Of a DNA stretch of 64,000 bases, positions 47,201 to 60,374 are shown piece after piece (positions within the stretch are counted from its first letter, which is position 1; the number at the start of each line of letters is the position of its first letter). Source of the stretch: Enoplolaimus lenunculus (Eukaryota); the NCBI GenBank assembly GCA_030248215.1, contig JASANG010000295.1:558001-622000 (forward strand), written 5' to 3'. The notes beneath the pieces were generated by a model that saw nothing but the letters and a program-made list of their open reading frames with translations, did not search any database and had not been told where the DNA came from. The position numbers were made by a program, and so were the translations under genes.

Positions 47201-50200
47201 TTAAGTCCAGTTGTTTTGAATTTTCCGCAATCAGACGCCTAGCTAATGAGTTAGTGTCAAATAACTGATTTATCGCGTTGCCAATGATTTGTCGTTAACC
47301 AATTTAACACCACCATTGGACTCAAGCTTCGAAAGCAGCATCGAATGATATAATTTGTCAAACTTTTTGACAAATTCAACGGGAAAAAATTTCTGTCTAA
47401 TCCTAATTACGGTCTTCTCAATATAACTAAATTTTCCGTTTTTTGTTACTTCCCTGGCCGTGTTTGCCTAAAAATTGTCGGTTACACCGATTTTTGCATA
47501 TTAGAGCATCTCATGACATAACATTTTGACAAATTTTTGGATATCAAGGGAACCTAGGGTAACAAATAAGTTCCTCAAAATTTTAATTTAGAGCGAGAAC
47601 TTATCGGGAGACGTCATGAGATGCTCAAATATGCAAGGCAACGCGGGCTAATGAAGGATAACACTGAAAAGGCTCAAAATTTTTGAAGCAAACTCCTAAA
47701 AACCCTGAGTAAAAATCAGCGAAAAGAGTTCGACCCAAACCTACACTAGGAACTACGCTAAAAATAGTTCTGTCGCCCGTTATTTTAATTTCTACAATTT
47801 TAAGTAAAATTTGCAAAAACTACTATATGAATATGTATTGTAATGCTTCATACCGTTGGAATGTGGAATTCGTCATTTTAAATAGAGCGTAATATAATGC
47901 AAAAAGCATTCTCTAATATCTACGGTATAGAGACAGTAAACTAAAAATAATTTCGAAAATAGATTTCATTTCGTGTCAAAAACGTCAAATCACATCAAAT
48001 GCCCGCTTCGTCTCACTTTGTGGGGTGAAGCATAAGAGATCAACAATAAGGATCAATGGCGTACAATGAGGGGGCTTGGGCGGTGGCTGTCCTCAAATTT
48101 GAATCCAATTTCTTTTTGTCAATTAGATGCAATGGCCCACTTCTATTTTAAGATAAACTAATTTTTTCATTTTTTTCGGCTTGTTCTTCCACCTATCCAA
48201 CTTTCTCGGCACGAAAACAACAACTGGATTAATTATTCAGTAGGGCTTTATCTTTATTTGTGCAATGCTAATTCTTCGCTGATAAAATGTGATTTTTGTT
48301 TTAAATCTTGCGCCAGGAGCGATGTGGGTTATAGAATTTCGGAACGTACTTGCTGGGGTTATCTGATCGTGGGAACCACAGAAATTTTTGGATGCAAGGT
48401 AAGTGGGCCCGCAGCCAGAGAGGGGCCGAGGAGGCGCTCAGCCTCTGCGGAATATTTGCCCCACGGTAGAGAAATTTCAACCTTGCATGCAAGTTATCGA
48501 CATTTGTATATGTCTCTCCTGAAAAATTTTTAGCCTCTCCAGCAAACTGAGCTGACTGCGGGCCTGGTGTCAGCGAACCGCACTACAATTCGGTACAAAT
48601 GCATTGATTTTTTGATAAAACTTTATACCTCCACTGTTACCCAGCCAAACACGTTTGATAGTTTTACCTTTTCATGTCATTAATATAAGGTTTAGTAATT
48701 TAGTACCCAAACATCGAACTTAGCTTGTAGCGCTGTATAATTTAGTTTTCATTCAACAGATGTTACATTACAAAACAACATCTAGATCTGACAAAGTATA
48801 ATTTCCCATCACGGAAATTTAAACATTTTCTGCTTACAATTTATACAGTAGCCATTATTCTTAAGAATATTGAACAACTGATGGTCGAAAGTAAAGACAA
48901 AAGCTGCACTCAAAACGGGTTGTGACTCAGCTGACAAATTTACGCAATAGTTTGCCTATATAAACGCACAACATTGGGCAAATTTGTCAAATGCATCAAA
49001 TAAAATGTGTGAAACACGGCAGAAAAATGGCCAAAATTCCTATTTGTGATATTGAACGACAGACTTTTCGACTTTGAAACCTGTTACTACGAGCACTGGG
49101 CAAAAACAAATATGTCCAAAAGCGTCGATTATCGTTATATATTAAAACAAAATTGTTCGAGAGATAAACTTTTACAGAAACTTAAACCCGATGGCCTGAA
49201 CGCGTATAAAATCTTTTTTGCGGAGGTAGCCGTGAAATTCCAATTGACAACTTGGGGGGCGGAGTTCGAAAAAAATATTTAAATATTTTATAACGAGCTA
49301 ACTACTGAGCAACGGTTGAATATTAAGGCTGTGCTACTATAGCCTGGAAACATTATTAATTTGTGTTTGGAAAGCCGCCGTTCGGCTCACCTCCTCTATG
49401 CCTTAAGTCCTTGAACCCAAAACGTAACAGAGAGTACACTTGGGCATTGAGGGAATATAATCGGGTCGTACAAAAAGAAGAAAGACAAACGAAACACACG
49501 GAGCGGTAATGTCTTGATGTGGTCTTAATTATTTTGGCAATATACCTTGAACAAAGATAAAAGCTTCGGGTTTCGATGAAAATTTTCAAAAAGATGTTTA
49601 TATTTATGGCACCGTTATAGCAACAGTTGCTGGGTGGCTCCTGTAAACTTGCACTGCAAAAATATGGTTTGTCAAATTGAGTCCTAAATAGGCTCTACGG
49701 GATTACACAACTGAGCCAAATTCGACTCTGCCAGAGTCAAACGTGCTACTGTAAGCGCGTTGAAATTGACTCTATTTCGGAGAGAGTCAATTTAACTCAC
49801 CATTTTTTGCTTCGCGTTCATTGCAAAAAATACTACTATGTATCTATTATAACGTCACTTCTTCGAATTATGACATTTATCTTTGCCACAGGTTGCTCCA
49901 GCCGGGTAAAAGTTGATCTGATCGCGTGACCTTTTACATACAACTGCTTAAAATCAATATATTTTTATATTTAAATGTTGTCAAAATTAGGTTAAAAACA
50001 GAAAACTGCCAACATTAGTGATACCCATCGAATATTTTTTCGTTCTACTTTTACATCCTACCTGCGGTAGGCTTTATCCAGCTTAAAATGGAAATGTTAC
50101 AGATTTTTCAAAATATTTCAATCAGAGGAGGGTGCCCTTAGACTGCGCTGAGCTGTTGCCAAGCAACATGAAAGGGCGGATCCAGACGGGGTGGATTGAT

Positions 50201-52882
50201 GCCCTAATTTGGAAAAAGTCACTGTCAAATGGTAAGGTTCCTACGTTACAAATTTTACTTTCGAACCACACTAATACGTTTAGGTTTTCGCTTGTTTCGC
50301 TTGCGCGGCTTTTTCAAAGTAAATAGGACGCGCCCCATTGTCAGAAATTTTTGAATCCCGAGTTGGAATAAGCTTTAACTGTCAAACTTGTTTACTGTAG
50401 TAACTCGAGGGGTAGCCCGTTACCCCCATCGCTATTCAGATTCGATCTGTTATCTATTTTTCATTACAGCTCTACACAAAAAGCATTTTCTGATACTCAA
50501 GAAATATTTTCCAAAATTAAGGACAATTATGTGTTAATCTAGACTCCAGACATATATGTATTGAATGCAAGACATTAGTTTCTGAAAATTTTCAGAAATC
50601 TGCGTCTGAAATTATTAACACATAAATGTCTTAAATTTAAGAGTGTGTTTCGTAAACTATTAGGACAAATATTTCTGAAATACAGGACAAAAATATCTGA
50701 AATAAGAGACTTGTTTTTCTGATATTTAAGGCATATGTCTTAGAAACTAGATTGCCAGAGAAATGTCGTTCAAAACTGAGAGTTAGGTATCCAAATCTGC
50801 TAATTTTACAACCTAAGATACGTCTAAGACGTACACTAAGGTTGAGGGAAGCTTGAGCTCTACCCGAAATATCTTTTAAATTCGATTATTTATATACTAT
50901 CTTAAAAATATAAACGGAAAATCTCTTTTTACATACATAATAAATAGAACATTAGTCTTGAATATAAAACAACTATTCCTTGAATAGAAGAAATTTATGT
51001 CATATATTGTAAATAGTAATTTCTTTAATATACGACATTTTTGTTTCAACCATTTCAGACATAAATTTCTGAGTTGTTTAAGGCTATTAATGTCTGAAAT
51101 GCAAGACATTAATGTCTTGAAAATTTTAGAAAGTACGAGTCTTGAAATTTCAATAAAAAATGTTCGAAAGCCACTAGTAGGAACAGTAACCTTATCGATA
51201 CAAAGTTTGCTTGAAATAGATAGAACTGTAGGTTTTCTTACGATCTAAACCAAACTTTCACAGCTCACAGCTGTACAGTGATTTCGTTTCGAATGATAAT
51301 CTTCGGTAGCGTCAGTTTTAACCGACATCAGCAAGAACTGGGTACAGGTTTTTCATCAAGAGAAAATGAAAAAATTTCACGTGCAAACATACGTATTTTT
51401 AATATGCGCCCACTACTAAAATAAAAGCAATTAGGGTATGTGTTATCGCAAACTTTAATTTAATCGAGAGTACACCTTAGTGAGAGAGAAAACAGTTGCC
51501 TATGTCCTATGGACAACATGTTTCTGCCTTTGAAATTGAAAATTTGGGGAATAAATAATGAATGAAACGGAATTAAAAACTATTTTTGGTTGACTATCTA
51601 ATTTAATGTAAGTCAGCGAGTGCATAAGAGTTTAACTTTGCTTCTGAAAAATGCCACAGTAATTACTATGATATAACACACCTTTGAACTACGATCTAAA
51701 ATTCACCAATTGCGTTATCACTGGCATTTCACAGTGCATAGAATGCAGCTTGCCCAAATATGGTCTTTGCCTCATTAAGAGTGGATTAGAAGCCCAGTTA
51801 GATTACTACTTAAGACCAAAGGCGATGTGCAGAATTTCCAAACGAAATAACCTATTTTTATTACTAAAATGCGTTGTTGAGCACATCTTAACGCCAATTT
51901 AAGGTTTTAATGTTGTGCAAAGTCCAGCGAAACAGAGAAATCGAAGAAAACTATACATTTTAACATTGTTTCTTGTGTTTCTCATAGCAGTAGTTGTTGT
52001 TAATGTTTCGCTAGAACATGGTCCCAGATCGTCCTGATGTAGGAATACATGTTAAGTTATTTTTTGAGTAATGGATCAAATTCTTTTCTGAATTTATTAA
52101 GCAATCACACAAGATAATTACGCTAATTGACGTTTATATGCTAATTAATAAATAATTTTGCCTATCACAGTTGATAGCTAAAACACGTGTAAAGTAAACT
52201 TTTATTTCGAAATATTTCTGTCAATTTAAACTTATATATTGTAAATTATTAAAATTCAGTTTTATTGCGTCGTCAAAATATTGGCCTAAATCGGTGAAAC
52301 AAAAACCTTAATATTTCAACATTACGAACTTGGGTGTGTTTATGTTAATCACACCAAAACTAAAACACGGAATAAATCCTCGTCTCTAAAGTCTTAAAAT
52401 CAATAACTTTGAGTTTTAGTTCCGCTCGATATCTTCTAGACAGTTTTACTAATTTACCCCCTGGCGACGTGTCTATCCTATTATGTTTGTTAGTTTTTAG
52501 AATTAAAAACAAACCTTCTTAGTCTGTGTGCTTTTTTAATAAATTAGTGGTAGGAATAAAAAAATAAACTGTAGTTCAAAAGTTGATTATTCGTGTTAAA
52601 AATATTACTATTAATATAGACTAATTTGTCTTGGTTGTTATCAGATCATTTTATTAAAAGATTCTAAAAAATGCAGTTTTGCGCAGTTTTGTTGTTTATT
52701 TGTGTTGTTCGCTCTTGTAATCTAATAGATACAAAATATGCCGAAGGCTCAAAAACATTTTCACGCGTGAACATAAGCATGAGTATCTGCCATGAAATAA
52801 GCTGACGAAAATTTTTTTACGACCATAAACAAGAAACTAGACGTTCTAGATTAGCTAAAAAGCTGCAAGTCATATGGACCAC

Positions 52883-53758
52883 TGTGTAGGTGCCTCTGCC
52901 ACTCTTAAACCTTATTTCAAACTAAAAACTAAAACATAAATTAAAAACAAACCAAAAACCACACCTTAAGGGAGTCCCTGGCTCCACCTAGACTCTCTTA
53001 TAGAACTTAAGTTAGGCTTATAGTTTCTATATAGAATTTTCGGGTTTATCGACGTGAAAGTGCAGATTTGGTAAGTAAGGTTGAATCATAGTTCGGGTAA
53101 GGATTGCCACGGTGGCATAATATGTGAAGGAAATCCGGCGTACAGTGTTTCTTAGGATAGCGCAGGGCGGTTGGGGTACCCAGTATTGGATACTGGTGTC
53201 ATGTGCTAAAAGGAAACGGGATTATATGGAGAACATGGGGAATCGTAGTTTAGCAAATCTAACGGGGTTAGGTTTACTATTCGACACGGATTGGGCCAAA
53301 TCTAACGGGGTTAGATTGGTTAAAAAATTGGTGTATCTCTAACGCGGTTAGAGTGCACGGTTCAGAAACCTGGGATATAATCGAGTGTAATTCTAATGGG
53401 GTTAGAATTGCACAGTTTTCTGCGAAATTGTAAAAAGTATTGGTATCGGTAAGCCAGTGGCCGGACTAAATAGATTGAGGCATAGGCTTTAAGGATTTCG
53501 GATCAAGCTGCAAGTTGGATTGCATAAACTGTGTCTCAGTTGGATTACATAACCTGTGTCTCAGTTGGATTGCATAACCTGTGTCTCACTTGTATAATTG
53601 GTGTAATAAAAGGTTCTGGGGAGAGTTAGTAAACATTACCGGCCACCGTCATTGAATCAGAGCGATATGCGTACATCGGGAAAGAACAGACTATTAAGAC
53701 GTGTGATCCCGGTTTAGTGAGTAGCCAAAATCACGAACTTCTCACACACTGGCCTACA
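52883..53758 (+). mobile_element. Solo LTR (~870 bp)
   Basis: TG...CA ends with a 5-bp duplication (ACCAC for 52883-53758, or CACTG for 52885-53746). Internal features are TCTAACGGGGTTAG x4, a 25-bp repeat x3 (53515-53590) and AATAAA at ~53605. Confidence 0.65.
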
Positions 53759-54158
53759 ACCACCTCAATCCGGGCTTGACGCATGCGCAGTGCCACTTGT
53801 CTGACCAAAAATTCATCTTTATATATTGCGAATGCTCATCTGCTAAAACCTATCTACCGAAACCAGGTGCGTGTCATAAATTTCATTCAATTGATAATTA
53901 AGTACATTTACATCATATTTTAAAATAATCCAGCTTAAACTAAAAGCAAAGAATAGTAAATTCAACACTTGATGCCCGAAAATATGCGTTGCTAAAACGT
54001 TTTTACTCCGCCGCCAACGGTGTAAACGTAAATTTACATATTTGCGTTTGAAAAATATTTAAAATTAAAAATTTTTTATACGTATTCTAACGGTGCAAAA
54101 CGTGATAAAAGCTATGTTGCGTTGTCGGCAATCGATAAAGGCTATTATGCAACAAACT

Positions 54159-54548
54159 GCTGGCCGACTCAAAAATCTACAGAGAATCGCTGGCCGACTC
54201 AAAAATCTACAGAGAATCGCTGGCCGACTCAAAAATCTACAGAGAATCGCTGGCCGACTCAAAAATCTACAGAGAATCGCTGGCCGACTCAAAAATCTAC
54301 AGAGAATCGCTGGCCGACTCAAAAATCTACAGAGAATCGCTGGCCGACTCAAAAATCTACAGAGAATCGCTGGCCGACTTAAAAATCTACAGAGAATCGC
54401 TGGCCGACTCAAAAATCTACAGAGAATCGCTGGCCGACTCAAAAATCTACAGAGAATCGCTGGCCGACTCAAAAATCTACAGAGAATCGCTGGCCGACTC
54501 AAAAATCTACAGAGAATCGCTGGCCGACTCAAAAATCTACAGAGAATC
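54159..54548. repeat. 30-bp minisatellite GCTGGCCGACTCAAAAATCTACAGAGAATC x13
   Basis: Head-to-tail copies with no spacers and a single C>T variant at 54380. Confidence 0.97.
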
Positions 54549-54636
54549 CTAGAACTATAAAACGCGGATATGGCGGCGATCATTTGCCAATTGGTTCACT
54601 GTGTCCCATCAAAAATATACTGAGCGATTATTATTT

Positions 54637-55216
54637 GGTCCATGTTACCCTGAGGAAGTCCCGTTTACCCGCGGATAGCAATAGGTCCACAGTTCAACAG
54701 CACACTCCTGCGTCTATTTTTCACTGTGTAGGTTGGGCCAGCTTCGAGCCTACGTTTTCGACGGGCGATCCGGATGCTTCGAGCCTCGGCGCCGATTTAA
54801 GATTAGAATTAAGCATAAGCTTTATAACAAAAACGTAGACCGAATTTCCGCCTGTCCAGACCAATGCAGCAAAAGCACATGCTCGAAACTTGGTTGCCTC
54901 GACCGACTCACCGTAAACATAGGTTTGAAGCTGTTCCGACCAACGCATCAAAACATAGACACGAAGCCGTTCCGACCGACGCATCGAAAACATAGAATCA
55001 AAGCTGTCCCGGCTGTGACAGCCGACCCAGGGAATACATATGCTCCAAGATTTCCCGGCTGAATCAACCGTCCCAGCAATAACATAGGCCCAAAACAAAA
55101 CTTTTTCGTCGGACTAAACAAAAACATAGATTCCAGTTCAGGAGTGTTTACCGTTGCACTCCGGGCGTGTTCCTATCACGCGAGCAGACAGGATGCCCCT
55201 CAGAATAACATTGGCC
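54637..55216. mobile_element. Short, diverged copy of the GGCCAATGTTA foldback family
   Basis: Ends GGTCCATGTTACCCTGAGG / CCTCAGAATAACATTGGCC. Inverted, degenerate 46-bp units meet at ~54800. The two ends match the two different ends of 29876-32107. Confidence 0.7.
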
Positions 55217-57665
55217 TATCTGCGTATCGTTGCAGTTTTTGAATGGTAGTTTAGCATGTCCTGTGATTGAAGCTTTGGTTTTTTTAAATCTCCATTTAAA
55301 TGTCGCAAAAACAGCTTATTTAAAATTGAGCATTTTTTACGGTTTTCGGACCACAAATCAAACCCAGAAGAATGTCCAGAAATCTACAAAGGGATTCGTG
55401 CCATATATAATTGGTAGAAAGCTTGCAACCGAGGCGAGCAAGCAGCCTTACGCAATATTTTTATACAAAATTTTTGTTTTAGTCGCTCTTTATGCGGGCA
55501 ATGCCTGGGTGATCTAATTTCGATCCGTCAGCGCAGTGGTCGAATCATTTTAACTCAGTGGAATTTTGTTAATTTTTTTAACCGATTCTGAAGTTTCTAG
55601 CCAGTTCTATAAAATCGCTACAACTTTCAATAGCGCCAAACATGGACAATGAGAAAAATTTGTCTGGCAAACAAGGCAAAATTTAAATTTGCCGTAAGTA
55701 CTGCAAAAGCGTCTTGTCGATAAAGGTTTGCATAAAGCTTGTGAAATCGGATACCGACAAGACAGTTGCAGTAAGCTCGCAAATTTGGTCTGGTTTACTG
55801 TTTAGTCTCACTCTGATGTCTAAAGTGGATATACAATTTCCTCGACTGCTAAAAACTTTTAGGTATATCTTAAACTTAATTAAATTTATGCTGTTGTGAC
55901 ATGGAATTATGGGAAGTTTTGCAGTTTCCCCAACAGTGATAAAGTCCCTTACATTATCATAAACTGACTATCCTTTGTATATTCAAAACGGGAATTCAGG
56001 GTAGGATGCGCCATTGCACCCCTCGAAGTTTCACGAGATACTAAGCAGGACAGGGAGCAACGCCTTGAACCCTGCGCAATTTCAAGATATACTATGACAA
56101 GGACGGGGGCTTTCTGTCTCCAAGCTCACAGGCTCAGTAGTATTTTCTGCACGCCAAAACTGTCCAAAAATACGTTATAAGCGATAAAGTAGCGTTGAAA
56201 ATGAATTTTTCTGTAGCAAGTATTTTTCGGTTCTGGCTCCGGTTCCCGTATTTTTTTAACTTTCCGGTTCCTGTTCCGGCATTTTATAATTCCGGTTGCA
56301 CCCTGATTGCGAACAGTCTTCCTTCCTGGTGTTCTAGCCAAATAGGTGGAAAATATAATTTCACTAGCTTATTATTGAAGTTCGCGCACGACCACAGTAC
56401 GCTTCCTGAGATACTCAAGGAATGTCTGTTCGTTGCATACAACTATTGGTATCCGAATGTTTTTTGACTTTTACAACTCTAATCAGCTAATTATTCTCAT
56501 CCTGAATAAAGTTTTTTGTTTACTCTGCTAGCAATTCCTCGTTGTGCGACAGTTTGCATGCATGGTGATAGCATTCCAAGTATATACTATAAAACAAGTG
56601 CAAAAATCATCAAATGAAACCTTTAATACGCTTCAGAAACATTATCTTTGTACAATAGGGAATGCACACAGGAAGGGATAGAGAGGAATACTGAAATTTC
56701 TAGGAAAACAATAAGGGATAGCTTAAATTTACATATTTTTATAGCGCAATATGCTATATATTTTAAGAGATCGAAAACTATTCCTTTACGCTATTACATA
56801 TCCTCCCATAATGAAATCTTGGCTACGCCCTTGAAATACAAATGTATATATTGAGATTGGTACGTTTATAGTCCATCAACCAACACAATTTTCTCGATAT
56901 ATGGGACGATCCCGTTCAAGCGTGACGATATATGCCAAAGTATAGCCATAACCGTATTAAATATTTATTCAGCACAACCTGTGACGTGAATTGCAGCAAA
57001 ATTGCTCTACATTGCGAGTTAATAAACTGGCTGTTGTGATGAATCCAACACTAAAGAATTACACTTAAATGATTTAATTACCCAGATTTCACCTTTGGAT
57101 CCAGAATTTTTATGTAGGGGTTGATTTTTCGGTACGACGTACTGACTGCTCGTTGAAACGTACGATGTTGCGATTTGACCGAAATGTAACCTCATCAAAT
57201 TTGTGCGCTGTTTAAAAAATTATATATATATATTTTTTTTTAATAATCCTTCGTCGCGCACTGTTGCAAAAAAGTTGGTGACACACACAGGCGTGTAGCT
57301 AGCTCACCTTTTTCTAAAAGGGGCTAAAAAATTTTCCTGAAGGGCATGCAATGTTTCTTGATCAGTTTAAGCAAGGTTTAAAATCTTCTAGGGGGCCGAA
57401 ACTATTTCCAGGAGGGCTGAGATTCTCCCTGCCCCTTTCTGGCTGCGGCACTGAGTGACTGCTGACCACGGCACATATTTTCAGAAATTTTGATGTATTT
57501 TTGGAACTAGCCACTTTCGTTTTCTATTCATAAACTTTGGTTAGTTTTCAACAAAAATCAATGTATAATGAAGTGCATTATGGTGTTCCACACATATGAA
57601 GAAACATCAGTAATGCATATATGTAATTTCCGCGAAGCGTGAACAAAAGTTTTAAGAATAGTTAT

Positions 57666-58703
57666 ACTAGAATGAAAAGTGCCCCGATGTGGCCATAGAA
57701 AACGATATGTTTCGGTAGTAAGATTTTTAGTTGAATACCGCTAGTATTACAATTTCCATGCATGCGTATAAAGTTTAAAAACTAGATTAATTTGATGCCA
57801 ATCAGCGTCCTCCCGAAACACGACACAACAATACTATAGAATTAATAATAGTTAAATCATTGAGTTTGATTGACTGCGTAACATTAGTTTCTTGCACTTA
57901 GTACACTGAAGTTTCGAATATATGCAGAAAAATTTTGGGTTTTAAAAAGAGTATATAAGTAGAAATTAAGCGTAAAATGCTGGTGACCCAAAATTAAAAA
58001 CGTGTTTGTTCGTCAATTGGCTCAGTGAAAGAACAGGAGCGGATCAGTATTATAAGCATATTCCTAATCCTAAGCCTAAGCATAAGCGTTAGCATGAGCA
58101 TATTCCTAAGCCTAAACCTAAGCGTAAGAATGAGCATAATCCTAATCCTAAGCCAAGCAAAAAATTAATCTAAACCTTAATCTTATTCCATTCTAGTCCC
58201 GCAGAAAAACGTTCCGCCCCTGATCTTTACATTGGCCGTCATTGGAATACAACGCAGATTTCGTCAGCAAAGTTGCCAATATTGTTTCGCTACGTACTCA
58301 CTCAAATATTTTAATGTTTTAAAAGTTTAAAATCTGGGTACCGTTTAGCCAAGTATGGAGAGGCCACTGTACGGTACAAAATTTATACAGCTCCAAAACT
58401 TGATGCGTTATCGTTTTCTATAGCCTCGTCGGGACACTTTACTATCTATTGTGACTTTTCTCCGAAAAAGTTGCGGATATGTTTCCGTTACGCAGTCAAT
58501 CAAACTCAATGATTTAACTTTTATTAATTCTATAGTATTGTTGCGTCGTGTTTCGGGAGGACGCTGATTGGCATCAAATTAATCTAGTTTTTAAACTTTA
58601 TACGCATGCATGGAAATTGTAATACTAGCGGTATTCAACTAAAAATCTTACTACCGAAACATATCGTTTTCTATGGCCACATCGGGGCACTTTTCATTCT
58701 AGT
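57666..58703. repeat. 217-bp near-perfect inverted repeat (57666-57882 / 58487-58703) with 604-bp spacer
   Basis: The arms are reverse complements, with 2 mismatches found by eye. Confidence 0.92.
58019..58237 (+). mobile_element. Telomere-like GGCCAATGT MITE
   Basis: Termini GGCTCAGTGAAAGAACAGGAGCGGA / TCCGCCCCTGATCTTTACATTGGCC, ~15 in-register CCTAAG-type hexamers, flanks GTCAATT / GTCATT. Confidence 0.75.
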
Positions 58704-59865
58704 TTCTAAGCTTTAGGAAGAAATTTGATGTAAATTTACCTTAAGTGCGAAAAAGTCAAATTTAAAGTCATCTATAATCACGTTATAATTGTTTTAGAAC
58801 TGTTAAGCTATGAAAATTAAAAACTACATTTTCACAATCACAAAAGTCGCGCTTTCCTAATTTCATTTTTATTTATTAGGTAACTCGCTCAATTTATAAT
58901 GCTAATATATTTTAATTCATATAAATTGTTTGAATTCAAATAGAAAATCAATACAATTGATAAGTACTTGCTCTAGTGAAAACTGATTTTATGGTGCATA
59001 GTAGTGTAGAACCAATACATCGGTATCGGTATTGTAATCGGTATTTTGGAAGAATACTGATTCCGATACTTTCAATTTTGTATTGCACACATGAATTGCG
59101 TTAAATATATAATTGGAATGCGTAGCATTTAAAAATATGGCTGCAACAAATATATTGTGAAAGATGCTGAATACGCATTTGCATCAACATGCGGACGTGG
59201 AAAATTGCTTGAAACACACTTTTGTTCATTTCCTCTTAATTGTACAAGAAATTCTAATAATGCAATTCCATCCCCAGTCAAAACTGCGAATCCGCAACTA
59301 TAAGGTTTGCTTTGTAACTTATTCTTGTTTTCTTTTCGAAAACGAAAAACTAAGGCGGCCGGGCGTGGGCCTGAAAAATCTGGGCCGGTTCATACTATAA
59401 TGAGAGCCCGCTGTGTTCGAGCGTCACGTTTTTGAAAGAGACTGCTTGCTTTGGGAACCTTATTAAATTAATGGTGTTAATTTTGCACGTCAAAATTTCT
59501 TCAAATATTCTAAACCGAGTTTTGGACATTTCAGTGCTCAACTTGGTGCTACCAATAATACATCGAGCAGTAAATCAAAACTGATATCTGTACTTTACGC
59601 GTAAACTTTGAGATTAAATGTAAATCCAGGTTTAGAAAAAAACCCACGAGAATGTAAAATCTAGGCACCTACTACGAATTAAATAAAAAGTGTCTCTCAT
59701 ACCACTGGCGGATGCAGTGGGTGCCACTCCGGCCTGAACCACCACAACTTGAATCAAGAGAAAGGTTTTGCATTAAGATTCAGCATTAAATTAGCGTTCG
59801 ACTTCGCTCTCAAACAGTTTTCGACAGCTTGATGTTACGTCTACGTTTTCAAAAACGCGCCTTGG

Positions 59866-60374
59866 TAAAAATACACATAAAATTTCAATTTTTAGTTCCC
59901 CCAGTACGACTTGAACCCGCGACCCAAAAGCTGAAAAAACGCCGTTGTATGTGAACACCATACCACTCAGCCACAGGTGCACTTGACCGGTGTTTTTGTT
60001 TACATTGTATATACTACATGTATAATGGGCTGAAACTTTGAAAGCGCATATTTTTTAACCAGCGGACCTGCAAGAATATAAATAACAGATTTGAAATCAG
60101 CTGCCTCAAATACGTCGGAAAATCACATAAAAATACACATAAAATTTCAATTTTTAGTTCCCCCAGTAGGACTTGAACTCGCGACCCAAAAGCTGAAAAA
60201 ACGCCGTGGTATGTGAACATCATACCACTCAGCCACAGGTGCACTTGACCGGTGTTTTTGTTTACAAAATGGGCTGAAACTTTGAAAGCGCATATTTTTT
60301 AACCAGCGGGCCTACAAGAATATAAATAACAGATTTGAAATCAGCTGCCTCAAATACGTCGGAAAATCACATAA
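59866..60374. repeat. Recent ~262-bp tandem duplication, each unit carrying a tRNA-derived SINE-like head (59895-59980 and 60157-60242, minus strand)
   Basis: Two near-identical units. The minus strand shows A box TGGCTGAGTGG and B box (G/A)GTTCAAGTC. Confidence 0.8.

Noticed and set aside
54159..54548. CRISPR-like 30-bp repeat array
   Set aside because: The repeats are contiguous with no spacers, there are no cas genes, and the context is eukaryotic.
54065..54583. Repetitive ORFs of 172 and 155 aa
   Set aside because: They are translations of the 30-bp array.
58050..58160. True telomere or chromosome-fusion scar
   Set aside because: The hexamers are degenerate, short and always bounded by the same TIRs.
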